From Chitinophagales bacterium (GTDB lineage Bacteria > Bacteroidota > Bacteroidia > Chitinophagales > BACL12), in NCBI GenBank assembly GCA_041392955.1, contig JAWKLB010000004.1, forward strand, positions 45,297 to 109,296: a stretch of DNA of 64,000 nucleotides, written 5' to 3'. Shown here piece by piece: positions 8,651 to 19,802 of the stretch. The translations under genes and the position numbers were made by a program. A model generated the notes under the pieces. It ran no database searches and had not been told where the DNA came from. It worked only from the letters and a program-made list of their open reading frames with translations. How positions within the stretch are numbered: the first letter of the stretch is position 1; each line of letters begins with the position of its first letter.

Positions 8651-9091
8651 TCAGCGGAGTTTTTTCTCCATAGGGAAGTGTGGAATGGTCACCTCCTCGA
8701 ACATCTCCCCGGTAATGCGGTAGTGCATTTTTATGTAGAAGGGCACCGCTTCGGCGCGGGCGTGGCAATACATGATGGAAAATCCTTTTTCCTCTGCCCA
8801 TGATTCGGCATAAGCCACCAGCATGGCACCCAATCCCCTGCCCTGTTCTGAAGGAAGAACGGCCACCTGTTTCATCTTGATGCGACCGTCGGCTTCCGGC
8901 ACCAGCATAAGGCATGCAGCTAACAGGTTGTGTATATATAAGCCGATGTGGATGTGATCTTTCTCTGCAGCTAATTGCTCAGGTGTAAATTGTAAACCGA
9001 GCGGTTTGCGCAACACTTCCGTGCGCAGGGTAACAATATCCTGATACGCCTCCGTACTATAGGCCACTTCTTTGCAGCGGATGTTTTCCAT
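8651..9091 (-). CDS. GNAT family N-acetyltransferase
   Basis: Acetyl-CoA binding motif QGRGLGAMLVAYAESWAEEKG. Size is 146 aa. Confidence 0.8.
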   Translation of the reverse strand: MENIRCKEVAYSTEAYQDIVTLRTEVLRKPLGLQFTPEQLAAEKDHIHIGLYIHNLLAACLMLVPEADGRIKMKQVAVLPSEQGRGLGAMLVAYAESWAEEKGFSIMYCHARAEAVPFYIKMHYRITGEMFEEVTIPHFPMEKKLR

Positions 9092-9255
9092 GTCCCTAAA
9101 TTAAAGAGATAAAAACAAAAACAGGGTGCGCCGTATATGCAAAAAAATGGCCGTTGCGGCGTGGCGGCGTGGCGGGTCGTTTATCTGTTTATTTCATTTG
9201 TATCGTCTGTTACCCGGCTTTGGGTTCTTTCGCATATCTATGCTACGACGTTGCG

Positions 9256-9281
9256 CCGGTTCCCGGCTGATTGGGATATAC
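9256..9281. repeat. Intergenic direct repeat R1, copy a
   Basis: ccggttcccggctgattgggatatac matches 9530-9555 at 23 of 26 positions. Confidence 0.7.
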
Positions 9282-9321
9282 TTTTTTCATGTGACTTCGT
9301 ACGTGTTTCCGGATCAAAGAA

Positions 9322-9399
9322 AACCCCGTAGGGGTGAAATTATTGTAACAGATAACTACCATGTATACTTACGTCCGAACCCCGTAGGGGTGACATTAT
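9322..9399. repeat. Two copies of a 22-nt motif AACCCCGTAGGGGTGA(A/C)ATTAT
   Basis: 9322-9343 and 9378-9399 are identical at 21 of 22 positions. Each contains a CCCC-GTA-GGGG mini-hairpin. Confidence 0.75.
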
Positions 9400-9529
9400 A
9401 ATTACCTAAAAAACGATGGAGAAGAAATCGCAGGGTCTTGCCTTATCTGTTGGTTGTATTTGGGCAAGGACCATGCTCCACCAGGTCAGCTACAATAAAT
9501 AATCCGTGCAATTCAGCGTCATCTGTGCA

Positions 9530-9555
9530 CCGTTTCCCGGTTGATTGGGATATCC
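9530..9555. repeat. Intergenic direct repeat R1, copy b
   Basis: ccgtttcccggttgattgggatatcc matches 9256-9281 (23/26). It lies just downstream of the dnaK terminator. Confidence 0.7.
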
Positions 9556-9568
9556 TTTCTGCAGGCAT

Positions 9569-9600
9569 AAAAAAAAGAGGCTGCCGCAAGGACAACCTCT
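9569..9600 (-). terminator. Rho-independent terminator of dnaK
   Basis: On the minus strand, AGAGGTTGTC-cttgc-GGCAGCCTCT forms a 10-bp stem with two G-U pairs. It is followed by T8 and begins about 20 nt after the dnaK stop. Confidence 0.8.
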
Positions 9601-9622
9601 TTCATTTTATCTGAAGCTATTT

Positions 9623-11533
<1,911 letters not shown>

Positions 11534-11605
11534 TTCTATGTTTAGTTTTTGTGTTTACGAATGATAACGCCCAATAAGGACAATGATTATACCATGGGGA
11601 AATAA

Positions 11606-11620
11606 CTGACACTGTGTCAG
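11606..11620. promoter_or_regulatory. Perfect 7-1-7 palindrome upstream of dnaK
   Basis: CTGACAC-T-GTGTCAG lies about 75 nt upstream of the dnaK ATG. On the minus strand a TATAAT-like GGTATAATC sits about 10 nt downstream of it. Confidence 0.35.
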
Positions 11621-11709
11621 ATTTTTACGCAAGCCTTGGTTGAAAATGGCGGAAAAACCCGTCAAAGGCGCTTAAACACGCAAATTGCTTAAGTCCTATC
11701 CGGATATGG

Positions 11710-12822
11710 TCATTGGCAGAAAGGGAAGCCGAAGGTGCCCCCGTCCGGAGCGAAATTGAGCCCGGAAGTAACAGCAGAACAGGCGATAGAATCCCTGGTC
11801 TGGATAGCAAAGGGATACACTTTGCCTACTTTGTGGTAACGGGAAGAAAGAATACCGAGTCCCCCGTTGATATTGGTATACACATCAGAGACCTGCCCTT
11901 CGGTGATGCCCAGGGTAGCATTGTTGTATTGGAAATAGGTATACAATTCATTGCCGCCCGCATCGATGATGAATTGCGCAGAGTCGGCAATGCGGATAAA
12001 ATTAAAATCGGCCACAGGTTCAAATGCATCGGCTATCCAATTATAGAAGGATGCCCCATCTACCTGAAATTGAATGGTGAGATTTCCCTGAGTGGATTCC
12101 GTAGTATAATTTGTTTCTATCACCCAATCTTTATAGCCTGAAAAAGTATAGTGTATACTATCGCCTTCCGGACTATAAATACCTTCGCGATAATGAAAGC
12201 GCATGATGAGATCATAGATGCGTGCATCCTGTGCAGATTTCCACAACAGAGAATATTTATTCTGTGGGGAAAGGGAAATGGACTGCGGGAATAAACTCGC
12301 ATCATCGGGTCTGGTGATGGCAAATGCGTCAACGATATCTATTTGCGCCGATATCTCTTTACCCGTATTTGCATTCAGGGCATACAAAAAATATTGATGG
12401 GTATAATCCAATTCTGCAATAAGCCGGTATAAGATATTGGGAATATTCGCAAAGGTTCCGCCCGCTTTCGGGATACCCAGTGTATCGCCATCTACCCGTT
12501 CTAAATTCCAGGATTGTACAACTACGCCATTGTTCAATTCATCTAAACGAACGCTGAGTTCATCTCCATAATAAATGGAATCGGGGTTTGCTGCCAGGGT
12601 AAGTGCATCGATATTATCGCTCAGAAATGCGCGGTTGATGCGGATATATTGTGTATCTGTACTGGCATCCAATAAACCATATACAACAGGAGTCTCTTTA
12701 AAATCTGCATTGAGATCAAAATCTGTTGAACAACCGGTCCAAAAAACTGCAATGACCGCTGCAAATGCGAGTACGCCCCATTTCATAGGGCGCAAAGTTA
12801 GGTCTTTTTCACCGGAAGACAT
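11710..12822 (-). CDS. Lipoprotein, DUF4249-like (tandem paralog 1)
   Basis: It has a lipobox-like N-terminus (AVFWTGCSTD). Blocks shared with the upstream paralog are VVYGLLD...YIRINRAFL, GDTLGIPKAGGTFANIPNILYRLIAELD and the C-terminal YTNINGGLGILSSRY...DSIACS. The DUF4249 assignment is by remembered motif resemblance only. Confidence 0.6.
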   Translation of the reverse strand: MSSGEKDLTLRPMKWGVLAFAAVIAVFWTGCSTDFDLNADFKETPVVYGLLDASTDTQYIRINRAFLSDNIDALTLAANPDSIYYGDELSVRLDELNNGVVVQSWNLERVDGDTLGIPKAGGTFANIPNILYRLIAELDYTHQYFLYALNANTGKEISAQIDIVDAFAITRPDDASLFPQSISLSPQNKYSLLWKSAQDARIYDLIMRFHYREGIYSPEGDSIHYTFSGYKDWVIETNYTTESTQGNLTIQFQVDGASFYNWIADAFEPVADFNFIRIADSAQFIIDAGGNELYTYFQYNNATLGITEGQVSDVYTNINGGLGILSSRYHKVGKVYPFAIQTRDSIACSAVTSGLNFAPDGGTFGFPFCQ

Positions 12823-12856
12823 CTCTATCCCGTAAAATTGCGGTCATATTACATTT

Positions 12857-13912
12857 TTACAGGCTACAACCGGGATAACCGGGATTGGTCTGTGAAGAAT
12901 AAAAGCGCAGGTTGCCCGTGATGGATCCACAGGCAATGGAATCAATGGTTTCATCATATAAGAGCACATGATGTACCGGCATGGCAAGCCGTGAAGCGAA
13001 TAAACCCATACCGCCTTCCACATTGGTGTATTCCGGAGAGATATAATTTTCATTGATACCCAGATTTGCCAATGTATTCAGATACATGCTGTATATCTCC
13101 TCGCTGCCGATATACCAGGTGAAGTCGAGATAGGCAAAACGGCGGGAAACATTGGGATCCGGATCTATGCTTCCGGCAAGGAAGGTAAAAAAGTTGTTTC
13201 GGTTCAAACTGTACGTGATAAATCCGATGCCATCACTGTTTTCACTTATTTTATTTGCGAATATCTGCCAGTCGGCGTGCTTCAAAACCGAATCACCACT
13301 TGCCAATTCCTTTTCATAATAAAAGAAATGCATCCACAATTCATACATCCTGCCATTATCCGCTTCATTGATATAATAGGTGATCTTGGTAGTGTCGGTA
13401 AAATCGAGATAAACATCGGGTTTTGTCGGATAATATGCCTGTGCACCATACACCAATTGTGTGGTGGAACGAATAGTATCGCCATCGGCCTCATGTATGA
13501 TCTGCAGCGTGTAGGTAGCAGAAGAATCCAATTGCGCAATGAGGCGGTATAAAATATTCGGGGCAGATGCAAAGATGCCATTGGCTTTGGGTATTCCCAA
13601 CGTGTCGCCGTTCACTCTTTCCGCCGGCAATGTGCGCTGCAGCAAACCCGACTTCCATTCTTCTATACTTACCTGGAGATCGCTGTCGCTGTAATATAAT
13701 TGTGCGGGGTCCTGTGATAATACGAGGGCGTTGATCTGATCATTGAGAAAGCTCTTTTCGATGCGCAAATAGTTCGTATCCTTGGCATGGTCGAGCAACC
13801 CATATACAAGTACTTTCTCCTGATATTCACCGTTTATCTCTACGGCATTATCGCAGCTTGCGAAAGGAGATATGGCCAGGACATATAAAAAGGACAGATA
13901 ATAAAGTCGCAT
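12857..13912 (-). CDS. Lipoprotein, DUF4249-like (tandem paralog 2)
   Basis: Signal/lipobox FASCDN and the same conserved blocks as 11710..12822: LVYGLLD...YLRIEKSFL, GDTLGIPKANGIFASAPNILYRLIAQLD, YTNVEGGMGLFASR...DSIACGS. Confidence 0.6.
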   Translation of the reverse strand: MRLYYLSFLYVLAISPFASCDNAVEINGEYQEKVLVYGLLDHAKDTNYLRIEKSFLNDQINALVLSQDPAQLYYSDSDLQVSIEEWKSGLLQRTLPAERVNGDTLGIPKANGIFASAPNILYRLIAQLDSSATYTLQIIHEADGDTIRSTTQLVYGAQAYYPTKPDVYLDFTDTTKITYYINEADNGRMYELWMHFFYYEKELASGDSVLKHADWQIFANKISENSDGIGFITYSLNRNNFFTFLAGSIDPDPNVSRRFAYLDFTWYIGSEEIYSMYLNTLANLGINENYISPEYTNVEGGMGLFASRLAMPVHHVLLYDETIDSIACGSITGNLRFYSSQTNPGYPGCSL

Positions 13913-13998
13913 GCTCTATAAAGGTATCGTTTTCCGACATTGCTTTTTCAGCTCCCTGTAAATCCGACAATAAAATGAAGAAATGCGCCGGCATAGGT

Positions 13999-14030
13999 AA
14001 AAAAGAACGCCCTGATATACAGGGCGTTCT
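13999..14030 (-). terminator. Rho-independent terminator after CRTAC1 paralog A
   Basis: Perfect 11-bp stem AGAACGCCCTG-atata-CAGGGCGTTCT followed by a T run on the minus strand, 17 nt after the stop at 14047. Confidence 0.8.
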
Positions 14031-14046
14031 TCTATTCGAAAACAAT

Positions 14047-16413
14047 TTATTTCATGTGCATATATCTGTCGTTCCCTTCATCCATGGTCATCATCATATG
14101 ATGTGAATAGGATTTTTCCGGGTCGGGTCTGAACAGGAAAGGATGCAGGTCGAGCACCTCAAATTGATCATTCCCTTCTGTTATGCGAATAAAGGTATTC
14201 AGTGCCACACCGGTAATGGTTTGTGTAGTTCCTGAAGCAGGCCATTGAATTTCTATTTTCTTGATCTCGGTGGCTTTGCCCAAACCCATTTCGAGACGCA
14301 GGGTATTCGCGCCGAAGCTGGAGCCCGATGTTACCCAGTCATAGATATCTCTTTCTTTTCCATTTTCCATCACCGTCACCTTAACGCGGGCACCACGTGC
14401 TATTTTATTGGTGGTTGTTCCAACGAGGTCGATAGCAACGAAATTATTCCCGAAGGATGCCGGATTCTCGAACAGGCAATCGTAGAAACCGGAAGCTTCG
14501 TAGGCGCCTCCCATTTGCACGAAGAGTTCGGGGTAGCCGTCGTTGTTGAGATCACCAAAGGATATCTCATGGCCTTTTTGCAGCACACCAACGCCGGCAG
14601 CTGTGGTCACATCCTGATATCCTTTTCCTTCGGCATTGCGGAACATCCTGTTGGGTGTGAGGCTGCGCATATCGGGCTTGCCGGTTCCCACATAAAAGTC
14701 CTGCCAGCCATCCAGGTCGAAATCGCCGTAAGAACAACCCATCACCAGGAAAGTGCGGTTCAATCCGAGGTCATTTGCGCGGTCGGTAAATGTGCCGTCG
14801 TGGTTATTGATATATAAGGCGGTATGATCGCTTTTTCTCGGTTTGTTCATGTACTCTGCAGGTATGTCATTATCGGAAGCACTGGCGCTGTAACTGAAGT
14901 TGATGATATCCAGCCAACCGTCATTATTATAATCGTAGAACCAACAGGGGAAACTTTGTTTCGGTCCGGTAACACCTGCTTCTTTCGTCACATCGGTGAA
15001 TTTCAACTGCATACTTCCCTTTTTCGTGTCGTTGCGGAAAAGGAAATTCTTAAATCCATTCGCTGAAACATAAATATCGGCGTCGCCATCATTATCATAA
15101 TCGCCGGAGGTAACACCTTTCACGAAGGTATTGATATTCACCCCTGCTTCTTTTGCAACGTTCTTGAATTTTCCATGATCGTTCAGGAATAATTCGCAGT
15201 CGTTCACTTTATCGCCTTTGCGCGATGCTTCGCAACCGATATACAGATCCAGCCATCCATCATTATTGAAATCGGCCCATGTTGAAGCCTGTGTAGGATG
15301 AACCGACCACAATCCTATTTCATAGGTAACATCTGTGAAGGTGCTGTCGCCGTTATTGCGCAGCATGGAACTTGGAACAATACCATATTGGCTGTACCAG
15401 GCACCGCGGGAGATCCACACGTCGAGCAGGCCGTCATTATTATAATCGGTTTGCTGAATGTATAAACCGCCGGGATAATTTTTCAGTCCTGCTTTTTCCG
15501 TTATATCCTCAAACGTGCCATCACCCCTGTTCAGGAGGAAATAACATTGTTCTTTCAAACCCCATCCGCAGGTAAAGATATCTGCCAGGCCATCGCGGTT
15601 GAAATCATCGAGGATGATACCACCGCACATATTCGGGTAATCTACGCCGAGGTCGATTGCTACGTTTTTGAAACGCGGAACTTCATATTCCGACTTAAAA
15701 GAAGATGGAGGTATAAGCCATTGTTGCGGCACCTGGTCAGGAAAACCACCTACCTGCATATAGGCGATATTCATCAGCCACATAGCATTGAGATTTTCCT
15801 TCTGATATTGCAGGCATTTCGTGAATGCCTCTATTGCTTTATTCGGTCCTTCTTTCATCTGACTTTGTGCAGCAACGGAAAGCGGCCAGATACAGGATTC
15901 CGGATTATGCATACCGATACAATTCTCCACCTCGCCAAAGCGCAGATACACAAGTCCTTTAGTGAAATACCAATTGCCCAGATCTTTGTTTTTTACTTCT
16001 TTGAATTGCGGTGAACTTTCAAATTCATTGATGCGCAGAATAGCATCGTTCACACGGCCGCAATTGATCAATTGATTACATACGTCGAAATACCATTGGA
16101 ATTTTTCTTCGGGATCTTGCGGAATAGGCTTTTTAAGCAGATCTTCTACGATAGCTGTATTCATAAAGCGCAGTCCCGGTTTATTCACAAGATCATACAC
16201 CTGGTTCAGATAATCGATCATCGCCTGGTTTCCGGATTTGGTGGGGTCCCATGCTATAGGGCGCACTTTCGCAGATTGCTGTGCAGCTACGCGTTTATGC
16301 GATCCTTTATGCATATATTTCTTGATCTTTCCACGCATGAAATAGGCACCTGCCACTCCAACCAGAAAGAGGATGCCAATTACGATTAGAATACGTTTAG
16401 TCTTTTTACTCAT
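14047..16413 (-). CDS. CRTAC1 family protein (TPR-like N-terminus, FG-GAP/VCBS repeats, ASPIC/UnbV C-terminal domain), paralog A
   Basis: It has repeated calcium-binding-like motifs: FNRDGLADIF, YNNDGLLDVW, FNNDGWLDLYIG, GDYDNDGDADIYV, YDYNNDGWLDI, GDFDLDGWQDFYVG, GDLNNDGYPELF. The UnbV-type tail is GARVKVTV...SGSSFGANTLRLEMGLGKA..IKKIEIQWP. Confidence 0.85.
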   Translation of the reverse strand: MSKKTKRILIVIGILFLVGVAGAYFMRGKIKKYMHKGSHKRVAAQQSAKVRPIAWDPTKSGNQAMIDYLNQVYDLVNKPGLRFMNTAIVEDLLKKPIPQDPEEKFQWYFDVCNQLINCGRVNDAILRINEFESSPQFKEVKNKDLGNWYFTKGLVYLRFGEVENCIGMHNPESCIWPLSVAAQSQMKEGPNKAIEAFTKCLQYQKENLNAMWLMNIAYMQVGGFPDQVPQQWLIPPSSFKSEYEVPRFKNVAIDLGVDYPNMCGGIILDDFNRDGLADIFTCGWGLKEQCYFLLNRGDGTFEDITEKAGLKNYPGGLYIQQTDYNNDGLLDVWISRGAWYSQYGIVPSSMLRNNGDSTFTDVTYEIGLWSVHPTQASTWADFNNDGWLDLYIGCEASRKGDKVNDCELFLNDHGKFKNVAKEAGVNINTFVKGVTSGDYDNDGDADIYVSANGFKNFLFRNDTKKGSMQLKFTDVTKEAGVTGPKQSFPCWFYDYNNDGWLDIINFSYSASASDNDIPAEYMNKPRKSDHTALYINNHDGTFTDRANDLGLNRTFLVMGCSYGDFDLDGWQDFYVGTGKPDMRSLTPNRMFRNAEGKGYQDVTTAAGVGVLQKGHEISFGDLNNDGYPELFVQMGGAYEASGFYDCLFENPASFGNNFVAIDLVGTTTNKIARGARVKVTVMENGKERDIYDWVTSGSSFGANTLRLEMGLGKATEIKKIEIQWPASGTTQTITGVALNTFIRITEGNDQFEVLDLHPFLFRPDPEKSYSHHMMMTMDEGNDRYMHMK

Positions 16414-16513
16414 CGGGTAATGATTTACCCCGCAAAGTTCAGGAACTTTACTCTTTTATGTTAGACATAATCTAAACAGAACCGACTTACAATTTAAATG
16501 TTTTGTTAACATA

Positions 16514-18799
16514 TCACATATCGTGTCCCATCATTTCCATGGCGGCACTGTGACCTCCCTCCCGCACGAGCGTAAACTTTTGCCTTGTTTCCACGATAAA
16601 TCCTGCTGTCCCTTCCGTGCAAACAATAAAAGTATCCATGGGCACTTGTGTCAGTATCTGTTTGGCATTACTTGCAGGCCAGGTAATTTCTATTTGCTTT
16701 ATGGAGGCAGCCCGGCCGAGTCCCATTTCCAATTGCAAACTATTCGCGCCGAAACTTCCGCCATTGCAGAGCACATGATAAAAAGTAGTCTCTGCTCCAG
16801 TGCCATCCACCACTGTCACTGCAACTTTAGCGCCTATGGCACTGCGGTTGGAAGTTGTCCCATTGAGTTTGAGTGTTACCCAATGATTTGCATTACCCGG
16901 ATTTTCATAAAATGCAGATGGATATGCGTCACCTTCATAACCACCACCCATATCTTCATAAATATCCTGATCACCATCATTGTCCATATCACCAAATCCG
17001 ATACCATGTCCTTTCTGCAGATTTCCGAATCCACCTGCTTCTGTTACATCGATAAATCCATTCCCCTTATCGTTGTATAACATTCTGTTCGGCACCAGTG
17101 ATGTATAATTCGGTGTACCCGTACCGACATACAGATCGAGATAACCATCATTATCCAGATCGCCGTAATTAAATGCCATCGCTGCCATGGGCACCCGGAA
17201 ATGCAATTCTTTAGATACATCCGTAAAGGTCCCGTTGCCGTTATTTTTATATAAGATCGAATATTCGCCTTTCACCGGTTTATCGAAATAATATGCTGCA
17301 TTGTCGTAGTCACTTTTATCCGCATCGTAGGTTAGTATTGCCAGATCCTGCCAGCCGTCATTATTGTAATCGAAAAATGCAAGGGGAAAACTTTTAATCG
17401 GGCCTTCTATGCCTGCTTCTTTCGTCACATCGCGGAATAATAATGTGCCCTTGTTCTTTCCCGTTTCATTATGCAACAGATAATTGCGCGTTCCCTGCGA
17501 ACTGATGGAAATATCCATCCAGCCGTCATTATCATAATCACCTGCAACGGCACCTTTTGGGAAACACAGCAGATCCACGCCTGCCGTCTTTGCTTCATTT
17601 ACGAATGTCCCATTGGCCTGATGGATAAATAATTCGCAAAAATATTTTTCGGTGCCTTTTCTGCTTTCATTGCCAAAAAAGATGTCGAGTAATCCGTCGT
17701 TATTGAAATCGGCGAATACAGCTGCCTGCGTCGGAGCCATATGTTCCATCAAACCGGATGCATAGGTAACATCCGTGAAGGTTCCGTCGCCATTATTATG
17801 CAACAGGGAACAGGGCAATTTGCCATAGTCATTCCACCATGCACCCCGTGGAATTAAAATATCTGTATAACCGTCATTATCGTAATCGGCGGTCTTCATA
17901 TCGAGTCCGCCGGTGATGCCTTGTATACCCGCTGAATCGGTCATATCATAGAAAGTGCCATCACCTTTATTGAAATAGATGCGCAGTTGCTCATCCAGGA
18001 ACCATCCCGTGGTAGCAATATCCAATAATCCATCGTTATTAAAATCTTCGGTGCACACACCGCCGCTGCGTGTAAAAAAATCCAGTCCCAGTGCGGAAGC
18101 GATATTATCGAAATGCGGTATAGGTGCCTGCTTATTGAATTTTGCAGGATCGATACGATATTCCGCCGGCATGGCATCCGGGTATTTTCCCAAATTCATA
18201 TATGCCACGTTCAATAAAAATTTTGCAGAGAGATCATCCGGATCATCTTGTAATATTTCTTCCCAGAGTTCTACCGAACGTTCAGTGGGTGTTTTCACTA
18301 CATACCATGCCGGTTCCGCTATGGGTAAAATACAACTGGCCGCATTGTGGTTTGTGATACAATTTTGTTGTTCACCCAGTCGCATATAAGCAACAGCCAG
18401 CATATATCGTATCTCTTTGGTCAGCGGGCCCGCATATCCGTCTTTTTGCGCGCGCTGCATGGCCTCATCATACTGGTCAATTGCTTTTTGTGTCTGTCCG
18501 GCAAATAACCACTGATCACCTATATTTTTTTTCCAGGTAATAAAATCTTCGGTCTTCTCCGGTGTCTTTTTATGCAACAGTGCCTCCGCCTGTGTGGAAC
18601 TGGCATAGCGGTTACCGGGTTTATCGAAATACTGTGTAACACAATCTGCCAGATATTTTGCCATGGCTTGGTTGGATGGCAATGATGTGTCATACACTAC
18701 TGTATTCTGTGCAAAAGCTTTTTTCTTTTTACCTGAACAGGATAAAAGAGCAACAGAAATAACTCCAAACAAAAAAGCAAAAACAAATATTTTTCTCAT
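16514..18799 (-). CDS. CRTAC1 family protein, paralog B
   Basis: Same architecture as 14047..16413. I take the internal ATG (18799) as the start, giving MRKIFVFAFLFGVISVALLSCSG (lipoprotein-type signal). The ORF track start at 18874 adds 25 unlikely residues. Confidence 0.85.
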   Translation of the reverse strand: MRKIFVFAFLFGVISVALLSCSGKKKKAFAQNTVVYDTSLPSNQAMAKYLADCVTQYFDKPGNRYASSTQAEALLHKKTPEKTEDFITWKKNIGDQWLFAGQTQKAIDQYDEAMQRAQKDGYAGPLTKEIRYMLAVAYMRLGEQQNCITNHNAASCILPIAEPAWYVVKTPTERSVELWEEILQDDPDDLSAKFLLNVAYMNLGKYPDAMPAEYRIDPAKFNKQAPIPHFDNIASALGLDFFTRSGGVCTEDFNNDGLLDIATTGWFLDEQLRIYFNKGDGTFYDMTDSAGIQGITGGLDMKTADYDNDGYTDILIPRGAWWNDYGKLPCSLLHNNGDGTFTDVTYASGLMEHMAPTQAAVFADFNNDGLLDIFFGNESRKGTEKYFCELFIHQANGTFVNEAKTAGVDLLCFPKGAVAGDYDNDGWMDISISSQGTRNYLLHNETGKNKGTLLFRDVTKEAGIEGPIKSFPLAFFDYNNDGWQDLAILTYDADKSDYDNAAYYFDKPVKGEYSILYKNNGNGTFTDVSKELHFRVPMAAMAFNYGDLDNDGYLDLYVGTGTPNYTSLVPNRMLYNDKGNGFIDVTEAGGFGNLQKGHGIGFGDMDNDGDQDIYEDMGGGYEGDAYPSAFYENPGNANHWVTLKLNGTTSNRSAIGAKVAVTVVDGTGAETTFYHVLCNGGSFGANSLQLEMGLGRAASIKQIEITWPASNAKQILTQVPMDTFIVCTEGTAGFIVETRQKFTLVREGGHSAAMEMMGHDM

Positions 18800-18944
18800 G
18801 GCAAGCAGATGAAATTTTGTGCAAAGGTACGGAGCATGTTTACATTGCCCTATTTCTGTCCGTATATTTTGCAATCTCCCGGCGCGGAAATCCCTGAAAG
18901 CTTTGCATGGGAAATGCGTATCTTTCGGCCGCTAAATCTAATGT

Positions 18945-19772
18945 ATGTCAGCTTCAAGGCCCGACTTCGAGAGCGTTAAACGCGTGACCGTGCACACATT
19001 GCAGGAAATGAAGCAGCATGGTGTCAAAATATCCATGCTCACCGCATATGATTACAGTATGGCACGTATTCTGGATGATGCCGGCATCGATGTGTTGCTG
19101 GTTGGAGACAGCGCGAGCAATGTGATGGCAGGACATGAGACCACATTGCCCATCACACTGGATCAGATGATATACCATGCCAGCAGTGTGGTGCGGGCGA
19201 TACACCGCTGTTTGGTGGTGGTGGACCTCCCCTTTGGCTCTTATCAGGGCAATAGCAAGGTGGCACTGGATTCTACCATCCGCATTATGAAAGAAAGCGG
19301 CGCACATGCGGTAAAACTGGAAGGCGGACGTGTGGTAAAAGAAAGTATTGAACGTATTTTATCTGCCGGGATCCCGGTAATGGGGCATTTAGGTCTTACC
19401 CCTCAGTCCATATATAAATTCGGAACGTATACCGTGCGCGCTACCGAGGAGGAAGAAGCAGAACGCCTGTATGAGGATGCGATCTTATTACAGGAATTGG
19501 GTTGTTTCTCCATTGTGCTGGAAAAAATTCCGGCAACACTGGGGGAAAAAGTTGCCTCGAAAATAGATATACCTGTGATAGGCATCGGTGCAGGCGGGAA
19601 AGTGGACGGACAGGTATTGGTGATGCACGACATGCTGGGAATAACAAAAGAATTCAAACCGCGTTTTCTGCGCAGATATCTCAATTTATACGATGAGATA
19701 AAAGGCGGCGTTGAGAAATATATCGATGATGTAAAAAGCGGATCATTCCCGAACGAGTCGGAGGGTTATTGA
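18945..19772 (+). CDS. panB: 3-methyl-2-oxobutanoate hydroxymethyltransferase
   Basis: [51 protein letters not shown] and HAVKLEGG are PanB signatures. Size is 275 aa. Confidence 0.95.
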   Translation: MSASRPDFESVKRVTVHTLQEMKQHGVKISMLTAYDYSMARILDDAGIDVLLVGDSASNVMAGHETTLPITLDQMIYHASSVVRAIHRCLVVVDLPFGSYQGNSKVALDSTIRIMKESGAHAVKLEGGRVVKESIERILSAGIPVMGHLGLTPQSIYKFGTYTVRATEEEEAERLYEDAILLQELGCFSIVLEKIPATLGEKVASKIDIPVIGIGAGGKVDGQVLVMHDMLGITKEFKPRFLRRYLNLYDEIKGGVEKYIDDVKSGSFPNESEGY

Positions 19773-19802
19773 CCTTCTGTACCTTTTTATTCAGGCAGGC
19801 AC

